A stretch of DNA of 64,000 nt from Candidatus Latescibacterota bacterium. Lineage in GTDB: Bacteria > Latescibacterota > UBA2968 > GCA-2709665. Under the pieces are notes generated by a model. The model was not told the origin of the DNA and ran no database searches. It saw only the letters and a program-made list of their open reading frames with translations. The translations under genes were made by a program, and so were the position numbers. Positions 26,676-35,850 of the stretch are shown in pieces. The first letter of the stretch is position 1. Each line of letters begins with the position of its first letter. The DNA lies in assembly GCA_965222075.1 (NCBI GenBank), contig OZ244937.1, forward strand, positions 3,040,001 to 3,104,000. The letters run 5' to 3'.

Positions 26676-29399
26676 CTATCCAGAACCTGAGAACTGAGCC
26701 TCCCCCACAGACGCGACCTCCGGCTCTCCGTCACCCAGCCTCACAAACGCCGAGGTTCGTACTCGGAAACTCACCTGCCCCGGCATCTTCCGCTGTGGAA
26801 AGCTGAGGCGCCGCGCTCCGTCGCCCTCTACTGAAATCCCCGGATCTTCCTCCAGGACCAAATGCCGTTCTTCGCCAACCCGCTTCACCTCCGCGACCCG
26901 GCACCCAAATGTAGAGCCGTCTCCGAAAGTCGCGATAGCGGTCGCACCTTTCATCCCCTCTCCTTCCGGAAGATACGCCTGGACAACCAGTGCGTTGTAC
27001 GGTGCGCCTTCCGCCTCTCGCAGTACAGCCATGACCTTTCCTTCGTAGACCCCACTTCCCGACAGAACATAAGCTCCCCACCGGATTTCAACGCCGCCCC
27101 ACACCCCCATCATCTCCGGAATCCCTTCCCGTTCTCGCACAAACCCCACCTCTCCCTCTATGCGGAGATTGCCCACCCGGAGCGGCCCCCTGCCCGGTTC
27201 GGCCCGGTGCACGATGTGGTCCGTCACTCCGTGATGCCGCACCCTCAAAGCGATCGCATCCCCCTCCGGCGTCTCCAGCGTCACGGAATCCACAAACGGC
27301 TCACCCTCATAAGGCTCGTGCACCGCTGCGAAACAGCTCGACAGCGGCGGCGGCCCTTCTCGCCGGGCCAGAAAGATCGGCATCCGGTACCGGTTCAGCA
27401 GCGCATCGTTCTCCTCTGCCCGCCGCAGCGAAGGCGCATCGCCCAGAAACACCTCCGCCCCCGACAGTCCGGGCAGGTGCGACCGCACGCCCACCGGCGA
27501 CTCGGACACCGTAAACGTCACCGTCGCCCCGTCGGTCACCTCTCCGCGGGACACGTTCTGAAAGAAGGCATAGCTTGGATTCCTCCCCTCCGCTTCGCCC
27601 TGGTCTCTCTCATACGCCGGAAACCGGACCTTCACACCGGGCAGCAGGTTCTCTGCATAGGGCTGGAGGGGAACGCTGATCGTTGCGTCTCCGTCCCAAT
27701 CCGCGTTACCGTGCAGCGCCCAGTCGTGCTGCGATCCCCCGACCACGCGGAAAAGGTCCACCGCATAGGTATCCGTTCCCCCTGCATCCACAAACATCAC
27801 AGTCCGCCGGTAGACCTTCGCCAGTCCCGGATAGGCCTGCTCTGCGCTCGCCTCCATCCACTGCACCGGTTCAAACGCCGTCTCGAAGCCCAGCAGCCGT
27901 CCGTCCGAAGGTCCCCCATCCCCCTGGGTATACTGCCGGTGCTCGTCGATAAGCACTGTATTGTGACCCAACGTACTCTTGCTCCACGCCCGGTAGCGCG
28001 TGTGCGTATAACCCAGGTCCGGCAGCAACTCCTGCCCCCTGGCGAACAGCGCTATGCTCAGATTGTCCGCGTGTTCGTGCCCGTACCCCCCGGAGAAGTG
28101 CAGGTGAACCTGCGCCTGCGCCTCGCCTCCCCCTCGTCCAAGCCATGCGTGTCCCATCCCCGAAAGCAGTGTTGAAACCGACCGTTCGGGCACCTTGAGA
28201 TTCCGACGCACCCTGGGCTCCTGAAGATAGGCCCAGTTGTCGTGAAACGGAACCGGCCGCCCATCCGGATAGTGGCAGATTTCCAGAATGCGGTTCGCCC
28301 GCCCGATGATTGGAGTGTCCCGCTCCAGGTCCAGATCCTCAAACCGCGTACCGTCCTCCGGATCGGTGTACCCCGGCGGATCGGAGTAGCCCCGAAGCGC
28401 ATCCAGAACCTCCGTCATCCCCCGCATCGTCATCCGGTGGTATCCCACGCTCCCCTCGCACCAGAACCCGTCGGCGAAAAACCGCCGCTCAAACAGCCCC
28501 ACGCTCCGGCGCACCGCCTCGTGAACCAGGCCCGGATCGCCCAGCACACGTCCAATGACGGCATACCCCTCGTAGATGCGGGGGCTTGCATTGCCGTACT
28601 GAGGCCCGTGGTACTCGTCCTGGCGAACCGCCCCCCGGAAAAAATTGTTCTCAATCCGGGCCTTTACATCCACTCCAACCTCTCCCGACAGTCGCTTTAA
28701 CTCCCCGCTATTATAAATCGAATCGTACGCGTACACCAGATCCGTGGGCATCTCATCCGCCCGCCATCGCCCCCACTTGCCGCCCGTATTCGGATAGGGC
28801 GGCTCTAAAACGAACCCCTTTTGCTGATTTGCGCGGTCGCTGCTCACCAGAAACCCCGGATAATATCGGGCAAAGGCGTCCAGGATCAACGCCGCACGCC
28901 GCGCATACGCCCGGTCTCCCGTCGCCTGATAAAGCGCTCCCAGATCCTCACCTCGGGCCGCAAAATACACCCGCGCCTCCCGCCAGGCCTTCGCGCTGAA
29001 CAGATACCGGTACCCCATCTCGTCTTCCCAGTAGGGATATTCCACTTCCTCGCCCACCGGATTCGTCATCCGCATCACCCGGTCTTCCCGATACTGCTCG
29101 TTCGGAAAAACCATTCCGCAGTACGTACACCGCACCCGGTGCGGATCGTCAATCGACCAGGTAAGTTGCCCCTCCTGCGTGCCTTCGTCACAGTTGGCGC
29201 ACCCCACAAACCGGAACCCCGTCTTATCCGGCGCCAGCCCCACCATCTCCGCTTCGCTCATCCCCGTCAACGGCGCCACCGCCTCCTTCAGCGCCTCAAC
29301 CCGCTCCCGTGAGGCCGTCACCGGATAGACCGGATGCCCAACCTCCACCGCCTCGAGGTTGGCCGATCCCCTTTGCATTTTGCACTTTTCATTTTTCAT
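26676..29399 (-). CDS. Heparinase II/III-family protein, paralog H2 (no signal peptide)
   Basis: Colinear with H1/H3/H4 with the same motifs; start may be the downstream ATG of MQRGSAN. Confidence 0.82.
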   Translation of the reverse strand: MKNEKCKMQRGSANLEAVEVGHPVYPVTASRERVEALKEAVAPLTGMSEAEMVGLAPDKTGFRFVGCANCDEGTQEGQLTWSIDDPHRVRCTYCGMVFPNEQYREDRVMRMTNPVGEEVEYPYWEDEMGYRYLFSAKAWREARVYFAARGEDLGALYQATGDRAYARRAALILDAFARYYPGFLVSSDRANQQKGFVLEPPYPNTGGKWGRWRADEMPTDLVYAYDSIYNSGELKRLSGEVGVDVKARIENNFFRGAVRQDEYHGPQYGNASPRIYEGYAVIGRVLGDPGLVHEAVRRSVGLFERRFFADGFWCEGSVGYHRMTMRGMTEVLDALRGYSDPPGYTDPEDGTRFEDLDLERDTPIIGRANRILEICHYPDGRPVPFHDNWAYLQEPRVRRNLKVPERSVSTLLSGMGHAWLGRGGGEAQAQVHLHFSGGYGHEHADNLSIALFARGQELLPDLGYTHTRYRAWSKSTLGHNTVLIDEHRQYTQGDGGPSDGRLLGFETAFEPVQWMEASAEQAYPGLAKVYRRTVMFVDAGGTDTYAVDLFRVVGGSQHDWALHGNADWDGDATISVPLQPYAENLLPGVKVRFPAYERDQGEAEGRNPSYAFFQNVSRGEVTDGATVTFTVSESPVGVRSHLPGLSGAEVFLGDAPSLRRAEENDALLNRYRMPIFLARREGPPPLSSCFAAVHEPYEGEPFVDSVTLETPEGDAIALRVRHHGVTDHIVHRAEPGRGPLRVGNLRIEGEVGFVREREGIPEMMGVWGGVEIRWGAYVLSGSGVYEGKVMAVLREAEGAPYNALVVQAYLPEGEGMKGATAIATFGDGSTFGCRVAEVKRVGEERHLVLEEDPGISVEGDGARRLSFPQRKMPGQVSFRVRTSAFVRLGDGEPEVASVGEAQFSGSG

Positions 29400-29407
29400 T
29401 TTTCATT
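29372..29407. repeat. Degenerate heptamer tandem repeat (ATGAAAA/ATGCAAA on minus strand)
   Basis: tttgcat tttgcac ttttcat ttttcat ttttcat. Confidence 0.8.
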
Positions 29408-29437
29408 TCCCACCCTGCCAGAAGGCCTCTCGTCTCC

Positions 29438-32131
29438 CTACCTTGCCCCCGAAAACTGCGCCTCTCCCACAGACCTGACCTCAGGCTCTCCGTCACCCAG
29501 CCTCACAAACGCCGAGGTTCGGATCTGATACTTCACGCCCCCCGGCACCTTGCGGCGCGGACAAAACAGATACTGCATGCCGCCCTCCGCCACCGCAACA
29601 CCCGGATCGCTCTCCAGGATCACGTGCGTCTCCCCCCCGGTCCGCCTCACCTCTACAACGCCGTACCCAAGCGTGGCGCCGTCCCCAAAGCCCACAATCG
29701 CGGTCGCCCCCTTTAACGCCTCTCCCTCCGGCAACTCGCCCGTTACCTTCAGCGCATCGTACGCATCCCCGGCCTCTTTCCGGAGCGCCCCCCTCACCTC
29801 CCCTTCGTAGGTTCCACCTCCCGACAGCACCCGATCTCGCCACCTCAGTTCGGTGCCCCCCCACAGTCCCATCTCCTCCAAAACGCCCTCCCGCTCCCGC
29901 ACGAACCCCACCTCTCCCTCTATGCGGAGATTGCCCACCCGGAGCGGCCCCCTGCCCGGTTCGGCCCGGTGCACGATGTGGTCCGTCACCCCGTGATGCC
30001 GCACCCTCAAAGCGATCGCATCCCCCTCCGGCGTCTCCAGCGTCACGGAATCCACAAACGGCTCACCCTCATAAGGCTCGTGCACCGCCGCAAAACAGCT
30101 CGACAGCGGCGCCGGTCCCTCCCGCCGCACCAGAAAGATCGGCATCCGGTAACGGTCCAGCACCGCATCGTTCTCCTCCGCCCGGCGGATCGACGGCGCA
30201 TCCCCTGAGAAAACCTCCGCACCCCCCAGCGCAGGCAGATGCGTCCGTATCCCCACGGGCGACTCTGAAACTGAAATATTCACCGACACCCCATCGGTCA
30301 CCTCTCCCCGGCACACGTTTTGAAAGAACCCGTAACCCGGATGCCTCCCCCCCGCCTCTCCCGGGTCCTTCGCATTTTCGGGCAGCCGGACCTCAACGCC
30401 GGGAAGCATGTGCTCCGCATAGAATTTCAGGGGAACGCCGACCTCTGCCCCGCTGTCCCGGTCCGCGCTCCCGTGGATCACCCAGTCGTGCCGGGAGCCT
30501 CCAACCACGCGGAACAGATCCACAACGTACACACCCCCCCTGCCTGCATCCACCAGCATCACCGTTCGCCCGTATACCTCCGCCAGCCCCGGATACGACC
30601 GCTCCCCTCGCGCGGCTACCCACTGAACCGATTCAACCCCCGTCTCAAACGCCAGCAGGTGTCCATCTCCGGGCACGTGCTTGTTCCGGTCCCCCGTAAA
30701 CTGCTCCTCCCCGTCGATCACCACCGTATTGTGGCAAAGCGTGCTGATGCTCCACTGCCTGTAGCGCGAGTGCGTATACCCCAGATCCGGCAGGAGTTCC
30801 TGCCCCCTGGCGAACAGCATCAGATTCAGCGTATCGCCGTGGCTGTGCCCGTACGCCCCCTCGGAAAAGTGCAGGTGAACCTGTACCTGCTCTTTCCCTT
30901 CTCCCTGTCCCAGCCACGCATGCCCCACACCTGCCAGCAGCGTCGAAACTGAACGCTCCGGTGCAGGGAGAGCGGGGACCCGCGCCCACCCATCGTGCAC
31001 CGGTATCGTCCGTCCATCGGGATACCGGCACATATCCAAAAGGCGTCTCGCCCGGGCAATAACCGGAAATTCCACCTCCGGATCAAGCGCCTCAAACCGC
31101 TTTCCGTCCACCGGGTCAACATAATCCGGAGGGTCCGAATAGCCCTTCAGCGCATCCAGCACCCCCTGCATCCCCCGCATCGTATACCCGTGATAGTCCA
31201 CGCTCCCCTGGCACCAGAACCCGTCCACAAAAAACCACCGTTCAAACAGGCCCTTGCTCCGGCGCACCGCCTCGTGGACCAGCCCCGGGTCTCCCAGTAC
31301 CCGCCCGAGCACGGCATATCCCTCATAGGTACCAGGACTCGCATTGGTATAGAGAGGACCGTGAAAATCGTCCTGGCGCACCCCGCCCCGAAAAAAATCC
31401 TTCTCAATCCGTTCCCTGACATCTACCCCAACCGCTTCGGACAACCGCTCCAATTCCCCGCTGTCGTATATCCAGTCATACGCAAACACCAGATCCGTGG
31501 GAATCTCGATATACCGCCACTCCCCCCACTTCCCGCCCCGCCTCGGAAAAGGCGGCTCCCGGTAAAATGCCTTGGGCGTATGCACCTCGTCCAAACACAC
31601 CAGAAACCCCGGATAGTACCGGGCAAACGCGTCTAAGATCAGCGCCGCTCGGCGCGCATACGTCCGCTCTCCCGTCGCCTGGAACAGCGCTCCCATATCC
31701 TTCGCCAGGGAAGCGAAGTAAAACCGCGCGCACCACCATCCTTTCGCGCTGAAAAAGTACCGGTTCCCGTCCCTGTCTTCCCAATAGGGATACGCAACCT
31801 CTTCCCCAACCGGATTGGTCACCTTCAAAACCCGGTCTTCGGGATAGGTCTCATTGGGAAAACCCATACCGCAGTACCGGCACGTCACGTAGTGAGGATC
31901 TTCAATCGTCCAGACAAGCTGACTCTCGTGCGTGCCTTCATTGCAATCGGGGCATCCCATAAACCGGAACCCTGTCCTGTCCGGCGCCAGCCCCACCATC
32001 TCCGCTTCGTCCATCCCCATCAACGGCGCCACCGCCTCCTTCAGCGCCCCGATCCGCTGCGGTGATGCTGCCAGCGGATAGACCGGATGGCCAACCTTTG
32101 CCGATCCGGACTCGGTTGCTCCATTTTGCAT
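29438..32131 (-). CDS. Heparinase II/III-family protein, paralog H3 (no signal peptide)
   Basis: Colinear paralog; GHSHGDTL, HNTVVID, CPDC/CRYC. Confidence 0.82.
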   Translation of the reverse strand: MQNGATESGSAKVGHPVYPLAASPQRIGALKEAVAPLMGMDEAEMVGLAPDRTGFRFMGCPDCNEGTHESQLVWTIEDPHYVTCRYCGMGFPNETYPEDRVLKVTNPVGEEVAYPYWEDRDGNRYFFSAKGWWCARFYFASLAKDMGALFQATGERTYARRAALILDAFARYYPGFLVCLDEVHTPKAFYREPPFPRRGGKWGEWRYIEIPTDLVFAYDWIYDSGELERLSEAVGVDVRERIEKDFFRGGVRQDDFHGPLYTNASPGTYEGYAVLGRVLGDPGLVHEAVRRSKGLFERWFFVDGFWCQGSVDYHGYTMRGMQGVLDALKGYSDPPDYVDPVDGKRFEALDPEVEFPVIARARRLLDMCRYPDGRTIPVHDGWARVPALPAPERSVSTLLAGVGHAWLGQGEGKEQVQVHLHFSEGAYGHSHGDTLNLMLFARGQELLPDLGYTHSRYRQWSISTLCHNTVVIDGEEQFTGDRNKHVPGDGHLLAFETGVESVQWVAARGERSYPGLAEVYGRTVMLVDAGRGGVYVVDLFRVVGGSRHDWVIHGSADRDSGAEVGVPLKFYAEHMLPGVEVRLPENAKDPGEAGGRHPGYGFFQNVCRGEVTDGVSVNISVSESPVGIRTHLPALGGAEVFSGDAPSIRRAEENDAVLDRYRMPIFLVRREGPAPLSSCFAAVHEPYEGEPFVDSVTLETPEGDAIALRVRHHGVTDHIVHRAEPGRGPLRVGNLRIEGEVGFVREREGVLEEMGLWGGTELRWRDRVLSGGGTYEGEVRGALRKEAGDAYDALKVTGELPEGEALKGATAIVGFGDGATLGYGVVEVRRTGGETHVILESDPGVAVAEGGMQYLFCPRRKVPGGVKYQIRTSAFVRLGDGEPEVRSVGEAQFSGAR

Positions 32132-32132
32132 G

Positions 32133-34949
32133 CTAAAATTTCCCTTCTGAGGGCCTTTCCTCTCCCTGCGCCACCCCTGAAAATTCCGCCTCTCCCACAG
32201 CTTCGATCTCTACCTTCCAATCGCCCAGCCTCACAAACGCCGACGTCCGGATCCGATACCTCACCCCTCCCGGAACCTCCCGCAGCGGAAAAAACAGGTG
32301 CCGCATCCCATCCCCCTCCACCGAAATCCCCGGGTCGTCCTCCAGCAGCACATGCGTCTCGCCCCCAGACCTCCGCACCCCCGTAACCCGGTAGCCAAGC
32401 GTGGAGCCATCTCCGAAAAACACCACCGCAGTCGCCCCTTTCAGCGCGTCACCCTCCGGCAGGTCCCCGGTAACGACCAGAGCGTTGACATCGGCCCCCG
32501 CCTCCAGCCGCAGGCTCCCCTTCACATCCCCCTCATAGACCCCACCTCCCGACAGCACCCGATCTCGCCACCTCAGTTCGGCACCCCCCCACAGTCCCAT
32601 CTCCTCCAAAACGCCCTCCCGCTCCCGCACGAACCCCACCTCTCCCTCTATGCGGAGATTGCCCACCCGGAGCGGCCCCCTGCCCGGTTCGGCCCGATGT
32701 ACAATATGATCCGTCACTTCGTGGTGCCGCACCCTCAAAACGACCGCATCCTCCCCGTTTTCCGCCGCTTCCACCGAAACCTCCTTCAGAAACGGCTCAC
32801 CCTCATAAGGCTCATGCACCGCCACAAAGCAACTCGACAGCGGCGCTGGCCCCTTCCGCCTCACCAGAAAGATCGGCATCCGATAACGGTCCAGCAGCGC
32901 GTCATTCTCCCCCGACCGCCGGACCGACGGCGCGTCTCCCGAGAAAACCTCGGCCCCCGCCAGGCAGGGCAGGTGCGTCCGCACGCCCGCATCCGGCTCC
33001 GATACCTTAAAGCTCACCGCTACATCGTCGACCACCGCTCCCCGTGAGACATTCTGAAAGAATGCATAGCCCGGATTGCGGCCCCTGGCATCCCCCGAAT
33101 CCCGCTCATTCTCCGGATATCGAACCTGAACGTCGGGAAGCAGATGCTCCCCGTAAAAGTCGAGGGGAACGCTCACCGCCGCGCGTCCGTCCCGGTCCGC
33201 GCTCCCGTGCATCACCCAGTCGTGCTGAGCGCCTCCCACCACACGAAAGAGATCCACGACATAGACCTCTCCGGCGCCGGCCTCCACCAGCATCACCGTT
33301 CGCCGGTACACCTGCGCCAACCCGGGATACGCCCGCTCTCCGCTCGCCTCGACCCACTGCACCGGGCCGCATCCTGCCTCAAACGCCAGCACCCGTCCGT
33401 CCGATGGCATCCCCTCAAACGCCCGACCCCGGTCCCATCGGGGTCGCCCGGTCCGCGTATACTGCCGCTGCTCGTCAATCACCACCGTATTGTGGCACAG
33501 CGTGCTGTTGCTCCAGCTTCGGTAGCGCGTATGCGTATACCCCACATCCGACAGCAACTCCTGTCCCTTCGCAAACAACGCCAGGTTCAAATTGTCCGCG
33601 TGCTCATGCCCATACCCCCCCGAGAAATGCAGGTGAACCTGCGCCTGGTCCTCTCCCTCCCCGCTTCCCAGCCAGGCGTGTCCCACCCCTGTCAAAAGCG
33701 TCGACACCGACCGCTCCGGTACAAGCAGATCCTCCGTACCGTACCAGGCATCGTGCACCGGCACCAGCCGCCCGTCCGGATAGCGGCAGATTTCCAGAAT
33801 CCGTCTTGCCCGGGCAAGATTCGGAATCTCCCGTTCCAGATCCAGATCGTCAAAGCGCCTCCCATCCTCAGGGTCAACATAGCCCGGTGGATCCGAATAG
33901 CCCTCAAGCGCGTCGAACACCCGCCCCATGCCCCGCTCCAGCGTCGCCCGGTGATACCCCGGGCTCCCCTCACACCAGAACCCATCCACAAAAAATCGGA
34001 ACTCAAACAGCCTCCGGCTTCGGCGCACCGCCTCGTGGACCAGCCCCGGGTCGCCCAGCACCCTTCCGATCACCGCGTAGCCCAGGTAAATCCGCGGACT
34101 CATATTGTCGTACGTGGCGGGATAATTCTGCTCGTGCCGGATTACACCCCGGAAAAATTCGTTCTCGATCCGCGCCCTCACATCGGCCCCCGTCTCCCCG
34201 GCCAGACGTTCCAGTTCCCCGCTCGCGCAAATCGAATCGTACGCAAACACCAGGTCTGTCGGCATCTCATCCGGATGCCACCGGCCCCACTTCCCCCCGT
34301 GGATCGGATAGGGCGGCTCCAGCACAAATCCCTTGGGCTCAAACGCCCGTTCACGGCTCACCAGGAACCTCGGATAGTACCGGGCGAACGCGTCCAGGAT
34401 CAGCACCGCCCGCCGGGCATACTGCCTCTCCCCCGTCGCCTGATAGAGCTCGCCCAGATCCTGCGCCAGGCTCGCAAAATAGACCCGCGCCTGCCGCCAG
34501 CCCTTCGCGCTGAAAAAGGTTCGGTACCCGGCCTCGTCCTCCCAGTAGGGGTACTCCACCTCCTCTCCAACCGGATTGGTCACCCGCATCACCTGATTTT
34601 CGGGATAGGTCTCATTCGGAAACACCATCCCGCAGTACCGGCACCTCACGCGGTGCGGGTGCCGGACCGACCAAGTAAGCTGTCCCTCTTGCGCGCCTCC
34701 GTCGCAGCTGGGACATCCCGCAAACCGGAACCCTGTCCTGTCCGGCACCAGCCCCACCATCTCCTCCTCGGACATCCCCATCACCGGCGCCACGCTCCGC
34801 TTCAGCAGTTCAATCCGCTCCGGAGAGGCCTTCACCGGATAGACCGGATGCACGACCTCCGCCGCTGCGCAATACCGCGCTTCAGAACAAAATAACATGG
34901 CCACAACAACCATCAGCAAGAGGCCAACCGGAACGCCCATCGTCTCCAT
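32133..34949 (-). CDS. Heparinase II/III-family protein, paralog H4 (signal peptide)
   Basis: Hydrophobic N-terminus ending AAA-EVVHP; CPSC/CRYC; EGSPGYH, GHEHADNL, HNTVVID. Confidence 0.82.
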   Translation of the reverse strand: METMGVPVGLLLMVVVAMLFCSEARYCAAAEVVHPVYPVKASPERIELLKRSVAPVMGMSEEEMVGLVPDRTGFRFAGCPSCDGGAQEGQLTWSVRHPHRVRCRYCGMVFPNETYPENQVMRVTNPVGEEVEYPYWEDEAGYRTFFSAKGWRQARVYFASLAQDLGELYQATGERQYARRAVLILDAFARYYPRFLVSRERAFEPKGFVLEPPYPIHGGKWGRWHPDEMPTDLVFAYDSICASGELERLAGETGADVRARIENEFFRGVIRHEQNYPATYDNMSPRIYLGYAVIGRVLGDPGLVHEAVRRSRRLFEFRFFVDGFWCEGSPGYHRATLERGMGRVFDALEGYSDPPGYVDPEDGRRFDDLDLEREIPNLARARRILEICRYPDGRLVPVHDAWYGTEDLLVPERSVSTLLTGVGHAWLGSGEGEDQAQVHLHFSGGYGHEHADNLNLALFAKGQELLSDVGYTHTRYRSWSNSTLCHNTVVIDEQRQYTRTGRPRWDRGRAFEGMPSDGRVLAFEAGCGPVQWVEASGERAYPGLAQVYRRTVMLVEAGAGEVYVVDLFRVVGGAQHDWVMHGSADRDGRAAVSVPLDFYGEHLLPDVQVRYPENERDSGDARGRNPGYAFFQNVSRGAVVDDVAVSFKVSEPDAGVRTHLPCLAGAEVFSGDAPSVRRSGENDALLDRYRMPIFLVRRKGPAPLSSCFVAVHEPYEGEPFLKEVSVEAAENGEDAVVLRVRHHEVTDHIVHRAEPGRGPLRVGNLRIEGEVGFVREREGVLEEMGLWGGAELRWRDRVLSGGGVYEGDVKGSLRLEAGADVNALVVTGDLPEGDALKGATAVVFFGDGSTLGYRVTGVRRSGGETHVLLEDDPGISVEGDGMRHLFFPLREVPGGVRYRIRTSAFVRLGDWKVEIEAVGEAEFSGVAQGEERPSEGKF

Positions 34950-34950
34950 T

Positions 34951-35811
34951 TTACGACGCGCTCACCAGTTTCTGCGCATTCTGATACGCAATCTTGTCGA
35001 ACGCCTCCTCCGGCAGGTCCAGCTCCTTCAGATAGTCCATCAATTCCGAACCAAAGTTGTCCCGCGCAAACAGCAGCTTGTCCTGAAACTCGATCAGGAA
35101 ATTTCTCCCGAACGCCCGGTCCCTCGAAATCCCCCCCAGCGCCGACCCGGCGGACAGATCCGCATACAGATTGTCGTATGTCCGCAGCATCTCCGGCGTC
35201 TTGCCTCCCGGCAGCACCGGCCCCCTGGGGTAGGCCTCCGCCTCGGCTCTGTCGTCCCCCGAAATATGCGCCCAGAACCCCTGAGCGTGCCCGATAAAAA
35301 TCGTCTCCGGACACGCCGCAACCGCCCGCTCCAACGCCTCGATACTTCCCCCGTACCACCAGTTGGGGCGGGGATAACCCTGAGTGCCACCGCCCGGATA
35401 CTGCAGGTGGATCGTAATCGGCAGCCCCATCTCTCCACAGGCCTGGTACAGCCGGATCGCATCCGGATCGTCGAACAGCATCCGGACCTTCAACTCTCCC
35501 GCCAGGCGAACCCCGTGGATCTCCACCGCCGCCTTCAGCCGGTCGATCGCATCCGGCCGCTTTGGGTGCGGCATGTACCCCAGCACGAACCGGTCCGGCG
35601 CATGGCGGCCCACGTCTAACACATCTTCAAACGGAATCGCCACCTTCCCCAGCGGCGGCAGGTGATTGTTTGTGCCGGGGCCGTAATCCTCCTGCGGGCA
35701 CTCCCACGTCAGCAGCCACAGCTTATCGATCCCCTGCTCGTCCATATTCTTCAAGATCTTCACCGCATCGTGTCCCCACCAGTTGGGATGGTTGTGTGCA
35801 TCAATCAGCAT
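34951..35811 (-). CDS. Amidohydrolase family protein, paralog A2
   Basis: Highly similar to 24731-25585 (MLIDAHNHPNW...); GGAGGAG RBS. Confidence 0.88.
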   Translation of the reverse strand: MLIDAHNHPNWWGHDAVKILKNMDEQGIDKLWLLTWECPQEDYGPGTNNHLPPLGKVAIPFEDVLDVGRHAPDRFVLGYMPHPKRPDAIDRLKAAVEIHGVRLAGELKVRMLFDDPDAIRLYQACGEMGLPITIHLQYPGGGTQGYPRPNWWYGGSIEALERAVAACPETIFIGHAQGFWAHISGDDRAEAEAYPRGPVLPGGKTPEMLRTYDNLYADLSAGSALGGISRDRAFGRNFLIEFQDKLLFARDNFGSELMDYLKELDLPEEAFDKIAYQNAQKLVSAS

Positions 35812-35850
35812 CGCTTTCCTCCTCCTGAAAAATCACGACCTCTCGTTCGT

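Noticed and set aside
20714-34949. Diversity-generating retroelement explanation for the repeated tracts
   Set aside because: No reverse transcriptase in the window, the repeats lie within full-length paralogs, and the differences are not adenine-specific.
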